Of a stretch of 64,000 nucleotides of DNA, positions 1 through 8,682 are shown piece after piece. The notes under the pieces are model-generated. The model ran no database searches, was not told the DNA's origin, and was given only the letters and a program-made list of their open reading frames with translations. How positions within the stretch are numbered: position 1 is the stretch's first letter; each line of letters begins with the position of its first letter. Position numbers and translations under genes: made by a program. The stretch is from Candidatus Zhuqueibacterota bacterium (GTDB taxonomy: Bacteria > Zhuqueibacterota > Zhuqueibacteria > Thermofontimicrobiales > Thiofontviventaceae): positions 1,842 to 65,841 of the forward strand of contig JAZBPW010000150.1 of the NCBI GenBank assembly GCA_036351795.1, written 5' to 3'.

Positions 1-353
1 GCGAATATTACATAAAAGGGAAAAAAAGCAAGCGGGATATGATCAACCCCTCTCATTTGATCTCTCTTGGATATGCAGGCGCTGAAGACGTTCGGGTTAT
101 CGAGCACCTTACTTCGAAGATCAACGCTGTGTTGAAATCATTTTTTTACAGGCGCGGGCTGCTGATCGCCGATTTCAAGCTCGAGTTTGGATTGTACGAT
201 AATGACGTGATATTGGGAGACGAGCTCTCACTCGATACGTGCCGGCTAATCGACGAAGGGACACACGAAAAACTCTTCAAAGACTGGTCGAGGACAGAAA
301 ACTCGGACGCCCGGACGAGCTACAAGCAATTACACGACAGGATATTTCAATAG
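1..353 (+). CDS. purC: SAICAR synthase (phosphoribosylaminoimidazole-succinocarboxamide synthase), 3' fragment; 5' end lies outside the window
   Basis: The frame is open from nt 3. The C-terminal sequence ..LIADFKLEFG..LGDELSLDTCRLID.. matches the conserved PurC 'DFKLEFG' and 'PDtcRlwd' region. Stop TAG at 351-353. Confidence 0.85.
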   Translation, partial: EYYIKGKKSKRDMINPSHLISLGYAGAEDVRVIEHLTSKINAVLKSFFYRRGLLIADFKLEFGLYDNDVILGDELSLDTCRLIDEGTHEKLFKDWSRTENSDARTSYKQLHDRIFQ

Positions 354-370
354 GATTACAGGAGAGACTT

Positions 371-1018
371 GTGACCCGCTACGGCACCGGCACGCTGACA
401 TTGATATTTCTATTCCCGGCCATATTCAGCATTGGCGCGTATATGACCGACAAACAGTCCCTGCTGATCTGTGCCGGAATCAGTTGGTTATTTTTCATCT
501 TTTCCTGTTACTTTTTTCGAGATCCGCGAAGGGTTATACCAGAGGGTGAAGGTGTCGTTGTTTCACCCGCCGACGGAAAGATCATTGACATTTCCAGGAA
601 CCATGAACACAGCTACTTCGATCAGAAAGTAACAAAGATAAGCATCTTTTTGTCCATTTTCGACGTACATATCAATCGCATTCCGATGAGCGGGAAAGTG
701 ACCTGTTTCGATTATCAACACGGCCGGTTTACCCCTGCATTCAGATCAACCGCCTCATCCGAAAATGAACATACGCTGATTGGTATCGAGAACGACTCGA
801 CGAAACTGCTTTTCAAACAGATTGCCGGCATATTAGCGCGACGTATTGTATGCGATGTGCGGGCAGGGCACACAGTTCATGCAGGTGAAAAATTCGGAAT
901 GATAAAATTCGGATCACGAGTCGATATTTTCATTCCTGAAAATATCGACATCAATGTTACATTGAACCAACGCGTAAAAGCAGGAGAAACTGTTATTGGA
1001 CACATTAAAGAAAAATAA
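371..1018 (+). CDS. psd: Phosphatidylserine decarboxylase proenzyme (small Asd-type)
   Basis: GTG at 371 has GGAG 6 nt upstream (361-364). The ORF-track start at 239 lies inside purC. N-terminal TM segments are present, and the C-terminal 'GMIKFGSRVDIFIP' carries the G-S self-cleavage motif region of small PSD proenzymes. pssA follows directly. Confidence 0.8.
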   Translation: MTRYGTGTLTLIFLFPAIFSIGAYMTDKQSLLICAGISWLFFIFSCYFFRDPRRVIPEGEGVVVSPADGKIIDISRNHEHSYFDQKVTKISIFLSIFDVHINRIPMSGKVTCFDYQHGRFTPAFRSTASSENEHTLIGIENDSTKLLFKQIAGILARRIVCDVRAGHTVHAGEKFGMIKFGSRVDIFIPENIDINVTLNQRVKAGETVIGHIKEK

Positions 1019-1742
1019 CAGAACTTTCATTCCCGGGATTTTCACGACATTCAATCTTTTTTTCGGATTTCTCGCTGTCATCAAGATCAGCGAGGGGAAT
1101 TTTGTGACAGGCTGCTGGCTGATTGTATTCGCAGGAGTCTTTGATGCTTTCGATGGCCAGCTGGCACGCTTCACCAACTCATCAAGCGCTTTTGGCATCG
1201 AATTCGATTCACTTGCTGATATCATCTCCTTTGGGGCAGCTCCATCCTTCCTGTTGCACGAGATCTATTTCAAGTCATTCGGCATACTCGGCATTATCAT
1301 CAGTTTTTCTCCGCTGATATTCGGCGGGATAAGACTTGCCCGCTTTAATATCAATCTGGATGGATTTAAAAAAACGGTTTTCGTCGGGCTTCCCATCCCA
1401 ATAGCAGCCATAAGCTTTGCCACATTCGTCATTTTTAATTATCATTTCTGGGGAGACATCCATCTTATCAGAATTCTGGGACCTCAAATCGTTATCGTCT
1501 GTCTGTTAATGATCAGTTATGTTGAATATGACTCATTCCCTAAATTGACATTCAAGCAGGGAAGAGACAACTCAATCCAACTTGTAGTGTTTTTAATCAT
1601 CATTACAACTCTGGCGCTCTATCCGCATGAAACGTTTTATCCGATATCTCTTGTTTACATTACCTGGGGCATGATCAGGTCTTTTTCAGGTATTCGCCCT
1701 GGAAAACGGGAAAGGAAAACGACGCAAACGGATATCACTTAA
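996..1742 (+). CDS. pssA: CDP-diacylglycerol--serine O-phosphatidyltransferase
   Basis: Exact CDP-alcohol phosphatidyltransferase signature D-x2-D-G-x2-A-R-x8-G-x3-D-x3-D, seen as DAFDGQLARFTNSSSAFGIEFDSLAD. Polytopic membrane protein. TTG start at 996 has GGAG 9-10 nt upstream and overlaps the psd 3' end by 23 nt; no ATG alternative lies upstream of the conserved N-terminus. Confidence 0.85.
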   Translation: MDTLKKNNRTFIPGIFTTFNLFFGFLAVIKISEGNFVTGCWLIVFAGVFDAFDGQLARFTNSSSAFGIEFDSLADIISFGAAPSFLLHEIYFKSFGILGIIISFSPLIFGGIRLARFNINLDGFKKTVFVGLPIPIAAISFATFVIFNYHFWGDIHLIRILGPQIVIVCLLMISYVEYDSFPKLTFKQGRDNSIQLVVFLIIITTLALYPHETFYPISLVYITWGMIRSFSGIRPGKRERKTTQTDIT

Positions 1743-1813
1743 ATTAACATTGAATTATGTTGTAAAAAAGGTATTGTTATTCAAAATTAAATTTATTATA
1801 TTCGTGTACGAAG

Positions 1814-2092
1814 ATGAATAAAAAGCCTCTAAGTTTTGTTATATTTGTCATACTCCTGGGGGCAATACTGGGAACGGCGATCGGCGAATTGATCGCTTTC
1901 ATATTACCGTCCGGGGTTGTTGAAGAATTCTTTATAAAGTCGGCGCTATTCGGATTTGAGCCATTCACAATAAATGCAGGAGTTATCAGTTTCACTCTCG
2001 GCTTTACTTTCAAACTGAATATCGTGGGAATTATCGGCATCGCATTCAGCGCCTATTTATTGAGATGGTATAAAAATCACCGCTATCTTTGA
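1814..2092 (+). CDS. DUF4321-family small membrane protein
   Basis: 92 aa with an ATG start. The pattern LLGAILGTAIGELI..LP.GVV.EFF.K....GF.PFT.N.GVISFTLGF.F.LN..GIIGI....Y..RWY is what I recall for DUF4321 proteins. Confidence 0.6.
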   Translation: MNKKPLSFVIFVILLGAILGTAIGELIAFILPSGVVEEFFIKSALFGFEPFTINAGVISFTLGFTFKLNIVGIIGIAFSAYLLRWYKNHRYL

Positions 2093-2153
2093 TTTCATTC
2101 GCCTGCTTCATGAGTGAAATGTGGGTGTATCAAGCCTGAAGGAGAATACGTAA

Positions 2154-2342
2154 ATGTTCGGTTCTATTGGAACACCGGAGCTGCTGGTTATTTTTCTTAT
2201 CGTATTGCTGGTTTTCGGAAAAGACCGCTTACCAGGACTGGCACGCGGATTGGGAAAAGCGATCAGGCAGTTCAGGAGCGCTTTCGAGGAAGTCAAGGAC
2301 GAACTGGATCTGGATGATATAAAAAAAGATTTCAAAGGTTAG
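2154..2342 (+). CDS. tatA: Twin-arginine translocase subunit TatA/E
   Basis: 62 aa. N-terminal TM helix followed by the hinge and amphipathic helix 'LLVFGKDRLPGLARGLGKAIRQFR'. SD GAAGGAG lies upstream. Confidence 0.85.
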   Translation: MFGSIGTPELLVIFLIVLLVFGKDRLPGLARGLGKAIRQFRSAFEEVKDELDLDDIKKDFKG

Positions 2343-2367
2343 CGATTAATATCTGGAGGAGTCATAT

Positions 2368-2580
2368 ATGTTCGCAATGATTGCATTCATGGGTCCGATC
2401 GGTTTTCAGGAGCTCATTTTCATTCTGTTAATTCTGTTAATATTTTTCGGCGCAAAACGATTGCCGGAGCTCGCGAAAGGTCTGGGGCAGGGAATCAAGG
2501 AGTTTAAAAAAGCTGCAAAAGAAATTTCCGAAGATAATGACCAGAATATCAATAAGAGCGAAGAGAAAAAGGACGAATAA
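2368..2580 (+). CDS. Second TatA/TatB-family subunit
   Basis: 70 aa with '[27 protein letters not shown]' and an acidic tail. SD TGGAGGAG lies upstream. No tatC in the window. Confidence 0.8.
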   Translation: MFAMIAFMGPIGFQELIFILLILLIFFGAKRLPELAKGLGQGIKEFKKAAKEISEDNDQNINKSEEKKDE

Positions 2581-2588
2581 AAAACAGG

Positions 2589-4283
2589 TCAGTTACTTGC
2601 CACTTTGACGCATCTGAAGCCGACATGCGCTGATGATGCGTCTGGCAGTCGATACGACCTGCAGGCAGCGCGCAAATAGTAAGCCTCGTCAACCCATGAT
2701 CCTCCGCGAATGACGCGAAACAGTCCATCCGCAGGACCGGTCGGATTCTCCACAGGACTTGAGCCATAGTAATTATCTTTGTACCAGTCAAGACACCATT
2801 CCCATACATTGCCGGAAAGATCAAATATCCCGGAAAAGCTCTTTCCATCCTTCGTCTGGTAACCGTTGTGATTCGAGCCGTCATAGTAGCCCACCGGAGT
2901 TGTTCCGGTCTCATTCATGTCACATGGATCGCCACTCCGCCAGTAGTTGGCGATATTGGATTCCAGTAAATCTCCCCATGGATATATCCGGTGATCGTTG
3001 TACCGTGCCGATCTCTCCCACTGAGCTTCCGTGGGCAATGATTTTCCCAGCCAGCGTGCGTAGGCATCAGCATCAGAATAACTGACAAAAACAACAGGAT
3101 GGTTTTCGAAACCCTCTATGGGAGAGTAACTGCCATCCCCATTATCCAGTATCTGCATCTCTGCGTTGTATCTGTGTGCGTTACCATCAGTCAGAAATTG
3201 GGCAAACTGTGCATTGGTCACTTCATACGTATCCATCCAGAACGCATCGAGATAGACTGTATGTTCAGGGTGCTCATCCCCGTCGCCTTCTCCCGGACGG
3301 CTTCCCATCACGAATTCACCAGCAGGGATATACACCATGGGCGGTGTTTTGACATAAATCTTCTGCAGCGTTGAGTCGCGCCAGCCGGCGCCATCTCTGA
3401 TCATCAGTTTTACGGTAACCTCACCCTCTTTTGTGTATGTATGTGTCGTTTCCCTGTTCAAGAGCCATTCAGTATCATAGAACCCGTCATTCTCCCAGTC
3501 CCATCGTAATGAAATGTCACTCGGTCCGGACATGTTATCTCTGGAGCCCCCGGCATTGAAATGAAATGGCTCCCCAATCATCCCCGTGTCCGGCAATACA
3601 TTAAAAATCGCAGTCGGCCGGGATATATCCACGATGATAGAAGCCATGAAGAAAGGACTCACATTCCCGGAATCATCCTTGACCTTCGCGTATACGGCGC
3701 GAGACCCTTCCCCTGGCAAGAGCTGCCACTCCTGCTTCCCATGATACGCCTCCCAGCCATTGCCGGCAAAAGTGCTATCATGACTCAACCACATCTCCGC
3801 GGCCGAGGGTGCCAGAATTGTTAAACGGACCAACGATTCCCTGGCAAATCGATTCCCGTCATTGATCAGGATCACCGGTTCCGTGTTCACATACACAGGT
3901 GAAATATGAGATGCACTGCTTTCCGTTCCGTTTTCCAGCTCAACTGTCAACCGGTAGTAGTAGCTGTGGCCTTTGACAATACTTGAATCGATCCAGGTCG
4001 TATCAACAGCATTCACCGAATCTTGAAATTGAATTGCATAGATATCATCCATTCCGCGAAAAATATTATAGCCTTTGATATCGTCGCGCTGCAGCGGCGA
4101 CCAGCTGAGCGCAATGCCATCGCCGGTATAGACCGCCTGTAACTCGAAAGGATCTCCGCCGTTTACGGGATTCATCGGATCCAGCCGGTTATCGTTTTCC
4201 GGCGAATGCGGCATTTTCTGGCAGCTACTGATAATGATCAGAACGATGATCAACTTTTTAAACATGCTGGCATTCCATTTCAT
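2589..4283 (-). CDS. Formylglycine-generating-enzyme (SUMF1/FGE) family lipoprotein with an N-terminal Ig/PKD-like region
   Basis: Lipobox (..IIISSC). FGE-fold motifs: MVYIPAGEFVMGS, EVTNAQFAQF, HPVVFVSYSDADAYARWLGKSLPTEAQWE, GNVWEWCLDWY, RVIRGGSW, GFRCV. A PKD-like segment (..LRWDWENDG..). The start overlaps the upstream stop as TAATG. Confidence 0.85.
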   Translation of the reverse strand: MKWNASMFKKLIIVLIIISSCQKMPHSPENDNRLDPMNPVNGGDPFELQAVYTGDGIALSWSPLQRDDIKGYNIFRGMDDIYAIQFQDSVNAVDTTWIDSSIVKGHSYYYRLTVELENGTESSASHISPVYVNTEPVILINDGNRFARESLVRLTILAPSAAEMWLSHDSTFAGNGWEAYHGKQEWQLLPGEGSRAVYAKVKDDSGNVSPFFMASIIVDISRPTAIFNVLPDTGMIGEPFHFNAGGSRDNMSGPSDISLRWDWENDGFYDTEWLLNRETTHTYTKEGEVTVKLMIRDGAGWRDSTLQKIYVKTPPMVYIPAGEFVMGSRPGEGDGDEHPEHTVYLDAFWMDTYEVTNAQFAQFLTDGNAHRYNAEMQILDNGDGSYSPIEGFENHPVVFVSYSDADAYARWLGKSLPTEAQWERSARYNDHRIYPWGDLLESNIANYWRSGDPCDMNETGTTPVGYYDGSNHNGYQTKDGKSFSGIFDLSGNVWEWCLDWYKDNYYGSSPVENPTGPADGLFRVIRGGSWVDEAYYLRAACRSYRLPDASSAHVGFRCVKVASN

Positions 4284-6436
4284 TAGAACCTGAGTTTCAG
4301 AGTTAATCCGAGTTGGTCACCCGAAACACGCGGATAAACCGGAGACAATAGCGCGGAGTCCAAGATATTGAGCATCCAGATGCCGATAGATGCATATATA
4401 AATTTTTCACGCACATCCCGCGCATTCTCGACTTTACTGTACTGATCATTCATTCTATTGCGGTAGTGCTCTATACCCTCCAGCGTTATCGCGTTTTCAT
4501 ATTCTTTGCGGACATCGTGATAATCTGAAATTCTATGATCATACACCAGATCGGAAATCATGATCCCCGCCAGAGCAACGATTTCTGATAGCATAAATAT
4601 GTTACCCAAAACATGTTTCTCTGAATAGTGCTGCCCCCAACCCGGGAAGATAGCCGAACGCAACAACGCCTTTTGTCGCGACTTTCTCACCATATCAATG
4701 TGCATGGATAGTGCGTCCTGTGCGCGAACGATGGCTAATGTATTAAATTTTTCATAGCCGGCTCTGCTCGCACGAACCACATACTTACCGGGCAGAAGGC
4801 GAATCCCCTCCGGAGAGATCCCATCGATTCTTTTGTTATCAATATGTATAACAGCATCCTTTGGACTCGCGTTCAGGTAGAGTGTGCCATTTGCAATCTC
4901 AAAGTTCACTCGTATCGTTTTGGGTAACGCATCCCTGATCTCGATTGATTTTTCAATGTCGAGATAGCCGCGGCTGGTCAGCCGGACAAGATGTTTTCCG
5001 AACGCGATAGAATCAGTGACAAAAGGTGTTTTTCCTGCCACTCTCCCGTCGATCTCCACAACTGCCTGTGATGGAAGAGACAGAATTTTCAACGTTCCTC
5101 TCTTACGCTTCAGGTCGAATCGAAGCTGCCTCACCGCACCTCCATCGAGTGTGATTCGCGATATTTCGTCATCATACGCCTCCAGTTTCGCCTTGATCTC
5201 GACATTTCCAGGAATTAATCCGGATATGTCGACTGGAGAAACACCTCTGAAGACGCCATTCACATAAATGTGCGCGCCTTGCGGTTCTGTTCGCACATTC
5301 AAGCCGGCGGCGGCTATCATCTGGATATTTAAAGTGGTATCTTTACCGGGCATGAAGGACAACGTCCTCACATAATCGACATAGCCATCTCTGGTCAGAC
5401 GGAGTTTATGGAAGCCTGGTGAAATCTCCGATGCTGACAATGGTGTCCTGCCGATCAATGAATCATCAAGAAAGACGACACTTTCAACCGGTTCCGAGGT
5501 GACTGTCAATCTTGTCATTTGCCGCAGACTGGCTGTGAGTATCGTTGTTTCATTCTCTCTGATTGTGATGATCTGATTGAACTCAACATACCCTTTCTTC
5601 ATAATTTTAACGACATAGGATCCCACGGCCTTCTCGCTAAATATATTTGGAGACTGTCCGGCATAGTCGAAATCGATATAAATATCCGCTCCCGTCGGCT
5701 CCGTGATCACCTTCAACGCGCCTCTCGACAGCGTGAGTGTCAGCGCGACATCGCTGTATTCTTCAGGGGCGACGAAGACCGTCTTTGTGGCGTAATACAT
5801 TTCTTTCTGGAGTCGAATGACATGCACCCCCGCTTCCAGAGAATCGATCACTGCAGGTGTTACAGCGGCAGAAGGTTTTCCATCAATATAAATTCTCGCG
5901 CCTTGTGGTTCCGAATCCAAACGCACTGTTCCATACCCGGTGAGACTCCCGGCATAAGACAGCGCTCTGTTCGAAAATTTCTCCGCCATATCAGGAATGG
6001 CTTTCGTTACAAGATTTTCCAGATCGTCCTCATAATCTCCTGTGACCATGTATTGAATGCGTCCGGTCTGAACGTCAATGAGCCTCGCACTGATCGAATA
6101 CAGAGAGCCGACCTTTCCGACCACACCACCAATCATTGAGGTGACACCGAGAAGACGGCCTGCTTCAACGATGCATTGATCAGAATTGCAAACGCCCGTC
6201 TGTTGAAATCCCTGTTCGGTCAGAATCTCATCCATTCGATCGCGTTCCAGAACATCGAAGACACCATATTTCAGCAGCTCCGCACGAAATCTGTTCGTCA
6301 CTACCGCGGGTGTGACGCTGTCTGTCCCTGATATTTCGAAATTAATGACAGCCACAGGCAGGTTTCCCTGCTGTCCCAGAATGACTTGCGGCATCATAAC
6401 CACCATCAGAACGATATACAGGAATCTAATACGCAT
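4283..6436 (-). CDS. Exported protein with an LpoB/CsgG-like N-terminal domain, six PEGA domains and a C-terminal membrane segment
   Basis: Signal peptide. Six ~66-aa repeats of the type G.L.V.S.P.GA.IYIDG...G.TP.....L..G.H.V.L...GY. The C-terminal 'FPGWGQHY' is followed by hydrophobic helices. Confidence 0.75.
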   Translation of the reverse strand: MRIRFLYIVLMVVMMPQVILGQQGNLPVAVINFEISGTDSVTPAVVTNRFRAELLKYGVFDVLERDRMDEILTEQGFQQTGVCNSDQCIVEAGRLLGVTSMIGGVVGKVGSLYSISARLIDVQTGRIQYMVTGDYEDDLENLVTKAIPDMAEKFSNRALSYAGSLTGYGTVRLDSEPQGARIYIDGKPSAAVTPAVIDSLEAGVHVIRLQKEMYYATKTVFVAPEEYSDVALTLTLSRGALKVITEPTGADIYIDFDYAGQSPNIFSEKAVGSYVVKIMKKGYVEFNQIITIRENETTILTASLRQMTRLTVTSEPVESVVFLDDSLIGRTPLSASEISPGFHKLRLTRDGYVDYVRTLSFMPGKDTTLNIQMIAAAGLNVRTEPQGAHIYVNGVFRGVSPVDISGLIPGNVEIKAKLEAYDDEISRITLDGGAVRQLRFDLKRKRGTLKILSLPSQAVVEIDGRVAGKTPFVTDSIAFGKHLVRLTSRGYLDIEKSIEIRDALPKTIRVNFEIANGTLYLNASPKDAVIHIDNKRIDGISPEGIRLLPGKYVVRASRAGYEKFNTLAIVRAQDALSMHIDMVRKSRQKALLRSAIFPGWGQHYSEKHVLGNIFMLSEIVALAGIMISDLVYDHRISDYHDVRKEYENAITLEGIEHYRNRMNDQYSKVENARDVREKFIYASIGIWMLNILDSALLSPVYPRVSGDQLGLTLKLRF

Positions 6437-6461
6437 TTATCTGTTCCTTATTCTTCAACGA

Positions 6462-7553
6462 TCAACGGATCATCGTCATCCTGATCACTCTTGTGACATC
6501 ACTGGACTTGCATCTTGCCAGATAGATTCCGCTTGGAAGTATGATCCCGGCTTCATCCCTGCCTTCCCAGCGGACCTGATGAACGCCCTTCGTAAGCCAT
6601 GCATCCACCAATGTCTTTACGTACTGCCCATTGCAATTGTAAACAACGATCTTCGTGTGCGCATCTTCAACAATTTGAAAGGGGATAACAGTGCCCGAAT
6701 TGAATGGATTTGGGTAGTTTTGATGGATCAGGAAATCAGGCGTCTCAACATCGCCCTGTTTTACATCGACAGTGCCTTTGATGTTTATCCTGAAATGGCC
6801 GGTGTCCGACCAGTATCCGGCTTTATCCTTTGCCTTTACATGAAACCACCAGACTCCTGATGAAAGATCATGGTATATATTCGATGTATGTGTCCCCTCA
6901 AGCACATCATCAGGTTCGCTATTCTCCACCTCATCGAGAATGTAGCTGTACCCGAGAATACCGAGTGATGGCATCGCATTGCCCCACGCCATCGAAACAT
7001 CGTTATTGTCATAAACTGAGCTAGAATCCGGATGTGATTGTGATGTGATCACAGGCGCACAAGAGACATTCAGGTGCACTCTGAAGTCATCTGTTTCAAG
7101 ATAGCAATCCCGATACTTCTGTAGAAAGCCAAAATTATTCAATTCCAGATCAGCGCGAACGGTCCCCATCTCATCATCTCCGGTAAGATCCACTTCATAG
7201 CCAAGAATTCTCAGGGAACGATCCTCAGTACCCTGTTCTGTCCATTCGTGAAACCAGAAGACTTCGCTCGCAAGTGGGGTGTCGGTCGGACGTATATATT
7301 GATTCTTTTTGCGATGTATGTTCCCGCTAGAAGGTAGACGGACTTCATCGCCAAGCAGTCTTCTCTTGAAATAGAATTCACCCTCTGTATCAAAAACCGA
7401 TTCGCGGATATTTTTTATTTTAATTTCATAAATATCCAATCTGATAACAAGATCTGTCGTGGGCAGAACTGCCCCCTGGCCACTTTGGGTGTTTGCGGAT
7501 CCAGCACACAACAACAAGAGCGAAAACAATAGAATCATCTGAACACGAATCAC
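6462..7553 (-). CDS. Secreted protein with a T9SS type-A C-terminal sorting domain; function unknown
   Basis: Signal peptide (..LCAGSANTQ). C-terminal '..HQNYPNPFNSGTVIPFQI..GIYLARC..' is the T9SS type-A / FlgD-Ig-like tail. Confidence 0.7.
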   Translation of the reverse strand: MIRVQMILLFSLLLLCAGSANTQSGQGAVLPTTDLVIRLDIYEIKIKNIRESVFDTEGEFYFKRRLLGDEVRLPSSGNIHRKKNQYIRPTDTPLASEVFWFHEWTEQGTEDRSLRILGYEVDLTGDDEMGTVRADLELNNFGFLQKYRDCYLETDDFRVHLNVSCAPVITSQSHPDSSSVYDNNDVSMAWGNAMPSLGILGYSYILDEVENSEPDDVLEGTHTSNIYHDLSSGVWWFHVKAKDKAGYWSDTGHFRINIKGTVDVKQGDVETPDFLIHQNYPNPFNSGTVIPFQIVEDAHTKIVVYNCNGQYVKTLVDAWLTKGVHQVRWEGRDEAGIILPSGIYLARCKSSDVTRVIRMTMIR

Positions 7554-7697
7554 GTCCCCTGTCTCCTGATAACCTGTTATAATATATGATTACGTATTGC
7601 AAAGAGATAAGTTACCCCGTCCGGGATATTGATACTCACGCGAAACGTGTATGATCTAAACGGGGGATCCATATCTCCAGTTATATGTCATTCCTGA

Positions 7698-8018
7698 TTA
7701 CGCCTCTCCGGAGTCGCCGTGTCTGTTTTCCATGGCCTTCAACAATATTTCAGCTGGCGTCAAATATTTTTTATTAGAGTTGCATTCCTTGCAGCATACA
7801 ACGATATTTCCCTTGTTGCTTTTCCCACCGCGCGATATTGGAACGACATGATCCATGGTCAGCGTTTCAGGGGGAAATTTTCCTCCGCAATAGTGACATA
7901 TCCCCTTCGCGACCTCGTTCTTCCACCATTGCGTTTTTCGAAGTTCCTTCGCCTTCTGACGTTCGCGCGCTCTATGTCTGGCGGAAGCTTCGTTTTTTTC
8001 TATATTGTTCATGAGCAA
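7698..8018 (-). CDS. Small HNH endonuclease
   Basis: 106 aa. CHYCGGK..x..DHVVPISRGG..N.VVCCKECNSNK gives the Cys4 zinc site plus H-N-H catalytic residues. Basic N-terminal tail. Confidence 0.85.
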   Translation of the reverse strand: MLMNNIEKNEASARHRARERQKAKELRKTQWWKNEVAKGICHYCGGKFPPETLTMDHVVPISRGGKSNKGNIVVCCKECNSNKKYLTPAEILLKAMENRHGDSGEA

Positions 8019-8126
8019 GTACTCCTGATGATTTAAACGGATTTCACCCGAAGAAGATTCAAGGAAAGTGATACAAAATCGTAGTGTACGCTGTTTGAAG
8101 CAGATGGCGACATATCCAATTGACTC

Positions 8127-8681
8127 TCATATCGATTGATTGGCCATATGGATAAAGACGAGCCTCGTCAGCTCTGCATCCACCCGGGCGCGGTGCAGAT
8201 CTTCAGGGAGATCGATGCGACACTGTTTGGCGGCCGATCCGAGCGACTGCCACCGGTAGTTTTGATAGTATTCATTCCAGTCACCATAAAATTCAGCGTA
8301 CATTTTCATCACGCAATAGGCGTTGAATGTCATCTGCGTATTCAGCCGATGCGCTGCCGCCGATTGACGCAACATCTTTAAATCATAATCCGCATTATAG
8401 ATGAGTAGCGGTCTGTCGCCAACGGAATCCTGAAGATCCCTCAGCACAACAGGGAAGAGGGGAGCATTGCCAACCATCTCATTGGTAATGCCATGAATTT
8501 TCGATGCGTCAGGCGGGATAGTGATCGTGGGTTTAACGAGCGTGTCGATCAATGTGCCCCCCTGAATATCAATGACAGCAATTTCGACAATTTGATCGAA
8601 CGCATTCAGTCCGGTGGTCTCTGTATCCAGAAACACAGGATTCAGACCCATTAATTTTTTCGCATTCATCGCTGCATTCAT
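8127..8681 (-). CDS. DEDDh-type 3'-5' exonuclease (DnaQ/epsilon-like domain)
   Basis: Exo I motif 'FLDTETTGL' and Exo III motif 'HRARVDAELT'. I chose the ATG at 8681, which is 1 nt after the upstream TAG with GAGGAA upstream. The ORF-track start at 8750 lies inside the upstream gene. Confidence 0.8.
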   Translation of the reverse strand: MNAAMNAKKLMGLNPVFLDTETTGLNAFDQIVEIAVIDIQGGTLIDTLVKPTITIPPDASKIHGITNEMVGNAPLFPVVLRDLQDSVGDRPLLIYNADYDLKMLRQSAAAHRLNTQMTFNAYCVMKMYAEFYGDWNEYYQNYRWQSLGSAAKQCRIDLPEDLHRARVDAELTRLVFIHMANQSI

Positions 8682-8682
8682 A

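Noticed and set aside
2154-2580. Two tandem tatA genes without tatC as an incomplete or novel Tat system
   Set aside because: Unlinked tatC and multiple TatA/B paralogs are common, and tatC probably lies outside the window.
7698-8018. HNH gene as a marker of a mobile intron, homing element or Cas9-like effector
   Set aside because: It is only 106 aa. It has no flanking repeats, no interrupted host gene, no RuvC or RT domains and no CRISPR array in the window.
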